Below, piece by piece: positions 53,000 through 64,000 of a stretch of DNA of 64,000 nucleotides. Origin of the DNA: Podarcis melisellensis (Eukaryota); the NCBI GenBank assembly GCA_964234715.1, contig OZ174280.1; one strand, 5' to 3'. The position numbers and the translations under genes were made by a program. The stretch's first letter is position 1, and every line of letters begins with the position of its first letter. The notes under the pieces are model-generated. The model searched no databases. It was not told where the DNA came from and saw only the letters and a list, made by a program, of their open reading frames with translations.

Positions 53000-53810
53000 A
53001 ATCATTGATTTCAGTCCAGTTTCAGGCCCAGACTTTACACCAAAAAGCACCTTAGTCCCCCTGGTTGATGACATTTGTTGGGAAACAGATGGGGGGAGTG
53101 TAACCCTGCTTGTTCTCCTTGATCTTTTGGTAGCTTTTGATACCTTTGACCGTGGTATTCTTCTGGAGCAACTCCAGGGTTTGGAGGCACTGTATTACAG
53201 TAGTTCCACGTCTACCCTTGGAGCTGTTTCCAAAAAGTAGTTATGGGGTAGCTATTGCTCTGCATCATGGGAGCTCCTGGAAGGAGCAGGCTGGGAGTAC
53301 TCTTGGATCCAAGATATTCAATGGAAGCTCAGGTGGCATTAGTGGCTAGGAAGACCTATTTCCAACTATATCTGGTTTGCCAGCTACAGCCCCTTTTGTG
53401 CAGAGATTACTTGGCTACTGTACTCTGTGCTCTGGTGACTTCCAGATTTGATTATTGCTATGCTGGGCTGCCCTTGAAGACTACTTAGAAACTTCAAATG
53501 CAGCAGCCAGGTGGGGTTCCATTTCGAAATCACATAATCCCTGTTTTAAAACAGTTGCCAATTCATTTCCAGGGACAAGGTGCTCATATTAGTGTCTAAG
53601 GCCCTAAATGTTGGGCCCCAATTATCTGAAAGACTGATTTCCCTACATACCATTTCAGGTGCTAAGATCAGCATAGGGAGCCCTCTTGGTAGTTCCACCA
53701 CTCTCAGAAATTTGGACTTATTAGTGACCTTGGTGAGAGTCTTCTCCGTGGCTGCCTCTACACTGTGTAATTCCCTTTTCACTAGATTGTGTCTAGCACT
53801 TCCATTGTAT
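53000..53810 (+). mobile_element. Degraded L2 ORF2 fragment with internal deletions
   Basis: Decayed FQSGFRP, LLVLLDL..AFDT.D.GIL, LGVLLD, ALVTSR.DYC and LQNAAAR-like motifs. Confidence 0.75.
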
Positions 53811-54201
53811 AGCTCTCATTATGGAATCTAATAAATAATTAAAAATCCCCACAGCTAGGGGTTGTGGTTTGTTTTTTCCATTCACTAATAAGGAGGTATG
53901 AAGTGGATGCTCCTGGCATATTCATGGTAAATCATTAACTATGTTCCCATTGTGCCTGTAATATGTCCACTCATTGATATGTATGTATTGGGTTGTGTGG
54001 GTACTAGTAATCTAGACAAAGCTTTGCATCTCCTTATGCCATGCCTTGAATAGCAGGACAGCTTAGTCCAGCAGTACAATCATGGATATTTACCATTCAC
54101 TCTACTGTGAATTCTGCTTTGTAATCTGGGGTGATGTGTGCCTCCTCCACCCCAGAAGCAATGCTGTTGTCTCTGATGAAATTTTCTCATGTGCCTTCCA
54201 G

Positions 54202-54395
54202 TGCCCAGTGCTCCACCTCGGAAAGTGGAGGTAGAATCAGTGAACTCCACAACCATTCGTGTTACCTGGAAGTCACCTATCTCTAACAAGCAGCATGGCC
54301 AGATCCGAGGCTACCAAGTCATCTGTGTGAAGCTGGAGAATAATGAGCCAGTTGGGTTGCCTATCATGAAAGACGTCATGGTAGCAGAGTCCCAG
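54202..54395 (+). CDS. PTPRF: PTPRF exon, first half of FNIII-5 ([12 protein letters not shown]...DVMVAESQ), 194 nt, phase 1-0
   Basis: ccttccag acceptor and CAG|gtatat donor. Contains [11 protein letters not shown]. The next constitutive exon is not in the window. Confidence 0.96.
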
Positions 54396-54794
54396 GTATA
54401 TCCTGGTATGAGTGGGATGGATGGATGGATGCATGCATGGACAGACAGATAAATAATATATTTTGGAGAAGGCTCTGTATTTGCTTTGTCATGGGCTTTT
54501 TCACTTTATATGGTTAGAGAGAAAGAGAGCTATATTATGGCAAAGAACATGCATTTTCTTTGTTACAGGCTTCCTTACTATAGTTGAGAGCCTAAAACAA
54601 ATTTTGGGAGAGAACGATGTGAAAAGGGTTGAGATGGAATGAACTGGGAGTATCAGGGAGCAGGACAAGGCAGACGTTTCTGGGACATCTACAGTTGCAG
54701 TCTAGGTGTGATCATTTGTGAGCTAGACTGTTTGAATGGCACCCAATAGGACTATTGGAGAGCTATGTTGACTAATTAACAGTTGACTAATTAA

Positions 54795-54957
54795 CAATGG
54801 CGTAGCGTGGGGGGTGCAGGGGGGGCCAGCCGCACCGGGCGCAACATCTGGGGGTTAGGGGGCGCAAATCCACAGGTTAGGGGGCACAAATCCACGAGTT
54901 AGGGGGCGCAAATTACTTGCCTTGCCCCGGGTGCTGACAACCCACGCTACGCCACTG
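54795..54957. mobile_element. Non-autonomous hAT-type MITE, 163 bp
   Basis: 17-bp TIRs CA(A/G)TGGCGTAGCGTGGG with 1 mismatch. Perfect 8-bp TSD CTAATTAA at 54787-54794 and 54958-54965. CpG-rich, so probably recent. Confidence 0.9.
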
Positions 54958-56742
54958 CTAATTAATATATCTCATTAATACAACACTTGATTCATTTGCA
55001 TCTTTCTCAGCAGGGAGTAAAACATAGCCAACCCCCCAACACACATACAACCACTACCCACCCCACATACAACCCAAACCCACCCCAACAAGGAGTGGGG
55101 GGGGGGGGAATAAAGTGAGACAAAGACCTGCTAGCTTAGACCATCATGATTCCTACAGACTTTGTCGGATTTTTGTATTTGTGAAGCAGCCCAATGTCTC
55201 TTCCAGTTTCCTCAAAGTTGTCCTTTAGGCTGGTGAAATTAATCATCAACTTGCTGCAGTGTTCTTTTGGTCTTTGGGGTTAAAGATTTGGTCCCAAGTA
55301 AACTATGCTGTTAATCTCCTCTAAATGAAATAATTTGATTGCATTTGCTTTTTGAACTGGGGGGAGGGGTTCCTCTGTTAGAGAGAAAATGAACCTTCCT
55401 GGGCATTAAGAACAGATTTCACCACTGTTCTTTTAGAACACTAAGTTTGCAAGTGCATGTTCCATGGTCTCCTGTCCTTCATGGGCATGTCTCTGCATTA
55501 TGGCAGAGATCAGAGGCTAGCTAATGTCCCTTCACACCTGTCCTTTGAAAGGTAGAAATGCAGTATAGTAGTCTGCTGCCATATCTTGCTGAATTCCTAG
55601 ATTCTTCCTATCCTACTTCCCTTCCAGGGTAAATTTATATAGAAAGGGGTTCCATAGGTTCAGTTGACCTTGCTGAAGGTGGGAACTGAGACCTTATGAT
55701 GGGGAAACATTTCCTTGTGCCCCCTCCATACCTCTTTTGTTCCCTACCTATGGCTACAGTGCTAAGTGCTTTTATCATGCACATTTTATTGATTCTGATA
55801 TTCCTCAGCCATGTGACTGGGAGCGAGTCCCAACAGAGTTAAGAACCAATTATGTAATATTTCTGAGCCTGGCAGGTTAGACTGCCACCTCATCCCACTC
55901 CACCACTGCCTTCCACTTGGACCTTGGAGACAGAGGCAGGGAATCTTCAGACCACCTGGGAGGTTTGCTTGCCAGGCTGCTTTGGGTAAAGAATGCCCTT
56001 TCCCACTCCTCCCCTTTCCCCTTCAACTGCCCACCCATCCGTCATATTAGTTGAAACCAGGAGGACTGCCTTACCATATACACACTTTCCTGCTTCCTGG
56101 AATTACCTAACACAAAAGCCAAATAGGCCATATAAACCTGCTGTCTCTTAGCTTTGCTACACAGTCTGAGTAACTCATTGCTCAGATGCAGACCAAGTTG
56201 GATTTGACCATTCCTGCTTCCCTGCTTGCCTCTAGCCCTGGCATTGCTTCATTCTGATTTACTTCCTGATGCCATGCTTCATTTATTTCTTATGTGATCA
56301 TCCAGTTTCCGGCTGAGATGCTTCACAGTATTTTGTAGAGCTCATGCCTTAGGCCAATCCTGGCTCAGTTCATCCTTGGATTGGATCTGGGCTGTTTTCA
56401 CACCTTGTACTTTGATACTGTGTGGTATCAAATAAGGCATCTAACGGTAGAGTCTCTTCTCAGACTGTCTGATTTGCAGCCACAGGCTTCCTTCCTTATG
56501 GAAATGTTCACACATAGAGGCATAGAGACAAAGACTATATAGATGGAACAAATAAACTTGGTCAGTTTATTCAGATGACTATAGGAAAATGAAGCTAATG
56601 TCTGCCATTTCTTACAATCCCATACATATTTAGGATTATGTATTAAAATTATATATGGGAGCTTTCAGGAAGCAATAATCAGTTTAGAGAACAAGATTTC
56701 CTAGCCCTCGTATATGTAGTTAAGGAGAAATATGAATGTGTA

Positions 56743-57073
56743 AAGGTAAAGGGACCCCTGACCATTAGGTCCAGTCGTGGCAGACTCTGGGGTTGCGGCG
56801 CTCATCTAGCTTTACTGGCCGAGGGAGCCGGCGTACAGCATGACTAAGCCGCTTCTGGCAAACCAGAGCAGCACACGGAAACACCGTTTACCTTCCCACC
56901 GGAGCAGTACCTATTTATCTACTTGCACTTTGACGTGCTTTCGAACTGCTAGGTTGGCAGGAGCTGGGACCGAGCAACGGGAGCTCACCCCGTCACAGGG
57001 ATTCGAACTGCCGACCTTCTGATCGGCAAGTCCTAGGCTCTGTGGTTTAACCCACAGCGCCACCTGCGTTCCC
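56743..57073 (-). mobile_element. Sauria SINE (lacertid-type), near full length
   Basis: tRNA-like head with GGTTCGAATCC-type B box and (ACCTTT)n tail on the minus strand. 11-bp TSD ATGAATGTGTA at 56732-56742 and 57074-57084. Confidence 0.9.
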
Positions 57074-57273
57074 ATGAATGTGTAGGAAGCATCTGAAATT
57101 GACCCATCAATTAGAAAAGAGTGGATTGTCTTCCAGTACTTAGAGTTACTGTTTTGAAGTCAGGTTACACCCTCCTCCCTATTGTGTTTAGCATCTCACA
57201 ATTAATTTAAACCACAAGAATAATCTAGGTACAATAATTTGGTACAAAATCCATTTGGGTGTTACTATGTCTT

Positions 57274-57315
57274 TAGATCCTTAGGTCGCTGGTTCGTTTC
57301 TAGTTTGAAGGACCA
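57274..57315 (+). pseudogene. Retroposed 3' half of mature tRNA-Tyr(GTA) including CCA
   Basis: TAGATCCTTAGGTCGCTGGTTCGTTTCTAGTTTGAAGGACCA matches the recalled vertebrate tRNA-Tyr 3' half TAGATCCTTAGGTCGCTGGTTCGATTCCGGCTCGAAGGA+CCA at 37 of 42 positions without gaps. Confidence 0.8.
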
Positions 57316-57317
57316 AA

Positions 57318-57438
57318 GGGACGTGGGTGGCGCTGTGAGTTAAACCACAGAGCCTAGGACTTGCCGATCAGAAGGTTGGCGGTTCGAATCCCCACGACGG
57401 GGTGAGCTCCCGTTGCTCGGTTCCTGCTCCTGCCCACC
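57318..57438 (+). mobile_element. Sauria SINE 5' part, 3'-truncated
   Basis: gggacgtgggtggcgctgtg...ggttcgaatcc...gagctcccgttgctcgg is the reverse complement of about 56955-57073 with few mismatches. Confidence 0.85.
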
Positions 57439-57524
57439 AACAGGATGCTGGTCTAGATGGGCCATGTTAAAAAGTTGCAAGCCTTCAGAATAGAATAAGA
57501 GCATAGGCAGCTGTCTTATACTTA

Positions 57525-57690
57525 TATCACATCCACACTGTATGTTTAAAGCACATGGTGTCTCTCCCCCCGCCCCCCCAAAAGAATTCTGGGAACTGTA
57601 GTTTGAATTTTTGCTCTATGAGGGATAAACTACAATTCCCAGAATACTTTGGGGGAAGCCCTGTGCTTTAAATTCATGTTGTGGATGAGT
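57525..57690. mobile_element. Palindromic MITE-like DNA element inside an old CR1 tail fragment
   Basis: Inverted arms catccacac..tttaaagcaca..gaattctgggaactgtagttt and aaactacaattcccagaat..tgtgctttaaa..tgtggatg. Confidence 0.6.
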
Positions 57691-59100
57691 CAAATCCAGT
57701 GGTCCATCTAGCTCAGCAGTCTCTGACATCAGCTTGAGATAGCACAAGCACATAAATATGTCTTTAGAACTAGCCATCTCCACACCAAAGAACAAGAAGA
57801 ATAGCAACCTCTCCTCTGAGACGAGGATTCTGTAACCACTTAAGTTGGCTTTATTAGCAAAATCCACATGATATCCATTGGTAAAAAACAAACAAAAAAA
57901 CCCGACACCTGAAGTGAAGAATTATTGTGCATTCAGCAGGCGTGTGTATGTGCTTCTAGGGCAAATCTTCACTACAATGACAGTTCACACGCAGGGGAAA
58001 TAAATGTCAGGGTAGGGCTAGTCCAAGTAATCCATATCACAGCTCTCTCCCCCAGAACTGCAGACATGGTCAGAGAGACAGTGGCTATAGAGAGTCATGA
58101 TGAAGACTAAAATGAAATGCTGTAAGGGCATTGCAGCCAGCATAAATACCAGCTGCCAGTGTTAGCTCTGCTTGTATTGGTTCTGGTGCTTCCAAGCAGT
58201 GGCAGCAGCTGAATCTTTTTTATTAAGGCCGCTGCCTTCCTAAAACCCATTTATCTTACTCAGCAACGCTAAATACTTAAGAAGCAATTGGGCTGGTTTA
58301 GCAGAGAAATGTTTTTATCTGCAGGTGACTGTTTCATAAATTCAGACATTTGGCTGGAGCAGATTTCAGAGAGATGCTCCTTCTGTGGAGGTTCCTCTGA
58401 TCTGTGAGGAGATTAGAGTCTGGTGAAGATGTCAGGGTAAACACTACATTTAAATAAACTGTTAAGATTGAATGGGTGCCACCAGGATGCTGGTCTGCTT
58501 CACATATTTCTGCTTTGCCCTTCAGGGAAATTGTGGAGTTCTCCTGCAGTTTGGAGCATTTTGCTCATTTGCACAGTCTGCTTTCACGGTCTGCTTATTG
58601 ATATTGGCTTGGATGTCATATTTTCAATACATTTTATATATGCAAAATCTATCATCATTCTGGTATAATAATCATTGTTATCATTATCACCTCACTTTTC
58701 AGGAAACATTAGATGTAGCTTACAAAAATAAGTAGTAAAATAATACAATCTAAAAGAAATACATAAAATATTAAAATTAGCAGGAATAAAACATAGGAAT
58801 TAAACAACAGCAGTCCATAAAGGCTCTAGAAGAAACAGATATTTCTTCCTTTATTTAAACAATTTATACCCCATTTTTAAGCTTCACAAAGGGCCCCCGG
58901 ACATAATAAAAAATACAAGCACTGATGAATAATAAAACAGAATATAGAACAGCAAGGATAAAAACCCTCAAATCAAGCTAAAAGCTTGGTGAAGCAAAAA
59001 AAAATATGTAACTCTCGAAAACTCCATTCAGGCTTCTTGGGGAAGGAATTGTACAGCTTGGGCACCACAACCAAGAAGCCCCTGTCCCAAAAAAGTCCTT

Positions 59101-59705
59101 AAAAAGCCAATGCAATTCTGGGCTGCATCAATAGGAGTATAGCATCTAGATCAAGGGAAGTAATAGTGCCACTGTATTCTGCTCTGGTCAGACCTCACTT
59201 GGAGTACTGTGTCCAGTTCTGGGCACCACAGTTCAAGAAGGACACTGACAAACTGGAACGTGTCCAGAGGAGGGCAACCAAAATGGTCCAAGGCCTGGAA
59301 ACGATGCCTTATGAGGAATGGCTAAGGGAGCTGGGCATGTTTAGCCTGGAGAAGAGGAGGTTAAGGGGTGATATGATAGCCATGTTCAAATATATAAAAG
59401 GATGTCACATAGAGGAGGGAGAAAGGTTGTTTTCTGCTGCTCCAGAGAAGCGGACACGGAGCAACAGTTCCAAACTACAAGAAAGAAGATTCCACCTAAA
59501 CATTAGGAAGAACTTCCTGACAGTAAGAGCTGTTCGACAGTGGAATTTGCTGCCAAGGAGTGTGGTGGAGTCTCCTTCTTTGGAGGTCTTTAAGCAGAGG
59601 CTTGACAACCATATGTCAGGAGTGCTCTGATGGTGTTTCCTGCTTGGCAGGGGGTTGGACTCGATGGCCCTTGTGGTCTCTTCCAACTCTATGATTCTAT
59701 GATTC
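59101..59705 (+). mobile_element. Young 5'-truncated CR1 LINE with open ORF2 C-terminus, inserted in an old antisense L2
   Basis: ORF 59166..59630 reads [20 protein letters not shown]...[11 protein letters not shown]...[11 protein letters not shown], and the element ends in (ATTCTATG)n. The flanks look like minus-strand L2. Confidence 0.93.
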
Positions 59706-60325
59706 ACTTCCCAGTCAGCTGGATGTCCCCAAACAGCAGGATATGGAGCAGGGCTTTGAATGAAGAGTGTAATGGGCCAGCAGCCCTTAGAAACAAAATA
59801 TTGTGTGTGTGTTTTTCCTTTTTCAATAAAAGCTTAAAACGCTTGGAAGGCAGAAATCTCTTTCTAGTACCAAATTCTGTACAACTTCAAAGCATGAGGG
59901 AAATCAATCGAATGCACACAGGCTTGGATATAGTCTACTGCTTTTGTTTATAATATTTCTAACCCACTCTTCATCACAATGGATCCCAGAGTGGGGTGAA
60001 AACGAACATTCATATTGATAGAATAGTTCTGAGCAGGCAGCTGAGAAATGTAATTATTAATTAGCTTGAGAGAAAGCAAGTTTAATACAGATAGAGGAGC
60101 TCACATTCTGATATACACAGAGCAAGTTAAGGCACCTTTGCAATCTCACCTGCAGATGGCTGAGCAAGAAACCAGCCTTTGATGTAGCACACTGTAACCT
60201 CATAGGTTGCAACATTCTTGAGCAGTGATCAGCTGTGCATATTTTCATGTTCCTGTGAACAGACAGGATAGACGTTCATATCATTGTCTTGAATAATTGT
60301 GCCATTTTGTGTCTCGTTCATCCTA

Positions 60326-60535
<210 letters not shown>

Positions 60536-63500
60536 TCAGTGTGTGTTCTTCCCTATCTCCTCCTTTCTTTTATTAATTCTCCATCCTCTGAATCCCCCTT
60601 TGCATAGGTGTTGCCTAAGCATTTATAAAACATGGTTTGATTGTATTACTTTACTTGGGCCTGCGCCTCTGCTCTCACTGCTTGCCAGCCTTGTCTACAT
60701 GTCACCCCTCCAAATCCCCAGCCCTCTTCCACTTTACACCTCAACCCCGCAAACCTCACCCAAAGCCTCTTCCCTTTACACTTCACCACTGGTAGGGTGA
60801 AATGAAGTAAATGAAGAGGAGAAAGTCTTTTCTCACCTTAGCACTCCTGCCCTGCTGCAAATTTCCTTTTAATTGTCCCACCACTGTCACTCAGAGAGAG
60901 AAAAAGAAATTGCATTTTAAAATGCAGGCTTTTTCTCTCCTTCCCGCAGCAACAGCCTCCCAGCAGAACAGCAGGCAGGCAAGAGGGGAAGGCAGACCAA
61001 GCAAGCAGCATGGGTGGCCCAAGTGAGCCGCACAGCAGCAGAAAGGTCAGTGTTGGACATTTGGCTCTGCTGCTGCTTCCTGCCTCATTGTCCTCCAATG
61101 CTGGACCAAAACTGTGGTTGCTGGGCAACTGCCCTGCCCTGCCCTGGCTGTTTCTCTGTGACTTGTCTGTCCACAACCCACACCACTTGCCTGGACCACC
61201 TGCCACCCGTGTCACTCACCTGCCTGTCTGGGCTGCCTGCCTGCTGTTCCGTCATCACTCTGCAGTTGGTCACACCAACTGCAGTGTGACAACATTATTA
61301 CAATCTTAATACATACCAAGAAAAACTGAAGTTCAATAAAACACAATGACACACATTTTGAAAATGCCATTGTTGGGAATGGAAGTGGGCAGTGATTGAG
61401 ATAGTGGCAGTACATTTTGTGAACTGGAGGAAGCAGAATTGAGGGGAGGGGGAGTTTCCAAAGCAGGGCTGTGGACATGTACAGACCTGTGGCTCTCTTG
61501 ATTACTTCTATGGGACATCATGTCTTTGCAGCAGTTTCAGGTATTTCTTCCTACAATAGCTTTTGCTGCTGGCTGGTGCCTTAGTAGCCGTGGATCTCAC
61601 TTGTTTTGAAGAGCTTGTTTCTGCGTTTTGCTGCCAAACTCATTTGCTACAGAGCAAGTTGCAGCAAAGAGCTCCTCTGTCCAGACAGTTCAGTAGTATG
61701 AGATCACTTGCCTGCCTGGAGTGGGGTGGATGCGAATCCTTGTGAGCCTTCCTTCAGAACCCGAGCATGTTGCTTTGGAAGGCAAAGAGATGAGTAAATG
61801 AGATGTGCACCATAAATCTGCTTGCTTTGTAAGATGCACTTTAGGTAAATGCACTCTTTGCAACAATTTAAGTAACTCTGCTTGATGCAAGAAACTTAGA
61901 AATTGATTACACTGATGATCATGCTGCTTCTCTGGCTGGTTTTTGAGGAAGCTTATCTCAGTATACAGGTATTGCTTATCTTAACAGGGAGGGTTACAGG
62001 AGTCTGAGAATTATGGTTGAAAGGGTTCAGCTGGTGGAAGGGGGGGGGGCAAGTATTGCCCTGAAGCTTTGGGAGGTCATTTTTCCTGATTTGGTTTGAG
62101 TCTCTTGGCTTGTGCTGTCTCATCAGAGGCTCTGGAGCCCAGCCACAGCATTTCACAAAGACATTTCTATGTCCTATTTCCACTAGGATCATTCACTACA
62201 GGAGGAACATACTATTTTCACATGTGTTTCTCCTTGTTACTGTTAATTCCTTTATTGCTAACAGTAGCAATATGTTGTTTCTAAAGCTGGTGTCCAGAGC
62301 TAGCATATGTACCTACATAATGTAACATATCAAACTCCCAGGTTAGTGTGTATAGGATTGCAGCCTTAGATAGTCTGCAGTTTGAAGAGGGGGGTTGTTT
62401 CTGTAGTTCTCGGGGGGGGGGCGGAGAGAAAAAGAGCTACAATTCTTTGTGTGAGAGAGGTGTTTGTGGAAGAAAGCAGTAGATACACTTGGGGGTCGAG
62501 ATAGTGCCAAATCTCGTGTGTGTGCTTGCATGTGTTAATAATCCATAGTTTGTCATCACAGTTCCCTTACTCTTTCCTCCTTCCTGTCCCCCCATCAGTT
62601 AAGGTTTAAGGACGCTATTGACCACGTAAGTACCATTTGTTAGAGTGTTTGCTTGGATCAGATGGGTCTGAGGATCATTTTGTGAAATCTGTGTGCATAG
62701 TGCTGTCAAAACACCCCTGTCAATCCTCAGATGGTTCTAGGGAGTTGCTCTGTGGAGCTTCCACCAGCCACAAATCCTGAGCAAATTGGCATTTAGATTG
62801 CTGCTAAATGCAGAAAAGCAATTGACATTTTTCATAATCTGTATTTCCAGCTTGTTGCAATGCAATTTCAGGCAGATGCGGGGGGAGCAGCCCACTTTCT
62901 ACAGTCTTTGGTCCAGCTCGTTACATGGCAGAGTCAGATCTGTAATCTTTAAACCTCATTGATCCCAGTCGTGAAAAATACCCTGTTCTCTCAGCTGTGA
63001 CCTTTGGTTGAAACAGAAGCTGTAATAAGAACACAGTCACATTCAAACAGTTAAATTCAATTTTTCCAAGTAATTTTGAGATATAAATTTGGAGGAACAA
63101 GCTTGAAAATTACCTTTGGAGAAAGAGAGATTAAGTTACATACCCTGCTGTGGCTTCCCTCGTCTCTTAGCAGAAGGACTTTGCTTAGAAGGGGTTTGCA
63201 GCGACAGCCCTATGTATGGTATCTCTCATTCCACCTTCTTTCTTTCCTCTCTCCCCCTAACTTGCTTTGTTCTAGTGGCATGCTCTTCCCTGTGTGAGAA
63301 TTACTCTCCTGTGTGGACTGTGGTGATGACTACATCTTTTCGTAGCCTTTGTGTTGTGTATTTGAGTATCTCCCTCTATATCAATTTATTGCCATTGATT
63401 GATTTTGCTCTCTCATACAACTCCAGGGGGAAAAGGAAATCTTACTTGAGCTCTGATTTTGGTGTCATTCTGATTTCTGTTTGCTAATTTGGGTTTGCAA

Positions 63501-64000
63501 ATGAAAGCAATGAAGGAATAATCTGGGTTAGGTGGCTGAATCCTGTAACTTACCTGGGCTGCCAGTGAGAAAAAGCCTATTCACATTTGTTTGTTTGTTT
63601 GTTTTATTCAAGTAATTAACAATTACATGACAGCCAAAAACAAAGCACCCTGACAAACCAAGGTTCTAGGAAGAGATTGTGCTCTATCTATCCATCACAA
63701 TACAGATTTATTCCTGGTTATATCACATTTTTATTTTTGTGCATTAACAGTCATTCCTTCATGCATAGGGTTAATGGTTGAAATTCTACTAGAAAACTGC
63801 TAGAGGTTGTTTTTGAGCAGGTCTTTCTCTGTGGAGTCCTTCACAAGGGCCCATATTTGCTAATAGAATGTAGAAGGTTTGAGAGAGCTGGAGTAAGCTT
63901 ATGGTTACAAAGCCAACCCCGTCAAGTGATCCAGTGAGATAGTTCAAGGTCCTACTGCTACTTGCCTCTGCTGGTGTCTCTAGCCTGCACAGCTGGGGAC

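Noticed and set aside
12132-54395. Assignment to PTPRD or PTPRS
   Set aside because: Diagnostic residues ([44 protein letters not shown]-x-R-E meB) fit PTPRF.
54854-54913. Interstitial telomere or CRISPR-like array
   Set aside because: TTAGGG occurs once per 22-bp unit inside a TIR/TSD-bounded MITE. There are no unique spacers and the context is eukaryotic.
57274-57315. Functional tRNA-Tyr gene
   Set aside because: The 5' half and A box are missing and the T-stem is disrupted.
59166-59630. 154-aa ORF as a host gene
   Set aside because: It is the CR1 ORF2 C-terminus from a 5'-truncated copy.

Overview
This is vertebrate genomic DNA, almost certainly a squamate and probably a lacertid lizard, judging by the Sauria SINEs and the young CR1 and L2 LINEs. 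The whole window lies inside the + strand PTPRF (LAR receptor tyrosine phosphatase) gene. Eight ordinary coding exons with canonical AG/GT borders and matching phases encode Ig2, Ig3, FNIII-1 to FNIII-4 and the first half of FNIII-5. Three in-frame microexons are invisible to the ORF track: an 18-nt meA6 (GGTPIR), a 12-nt meB (DPRE) and a candidate 9-nt meA3 (VFF) that I do not recall for mammalian LAR. They carry neural splicing-code motifs (UGC, TACTAAC, TGCATG, YCAY). Other notable intronic items: an antisense processed RAB6A fragment that stops exactly at the recalled exon 2 end; a retroposed tRNA-Tyr 3' half with CCA fused to a Sauria SINE; an inverted SINE pair; a hAT MITE with TTAGGG-containing internal repeats; a probable solo LTR inside an old CR1; and a hairpin-masked acceptor that could give a secreted LAR isoform. 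No canonical meC/LASE-c exon was found. All homology calls are from memory, with no database search, and TE boundaries are approximate unless a TSD is given.
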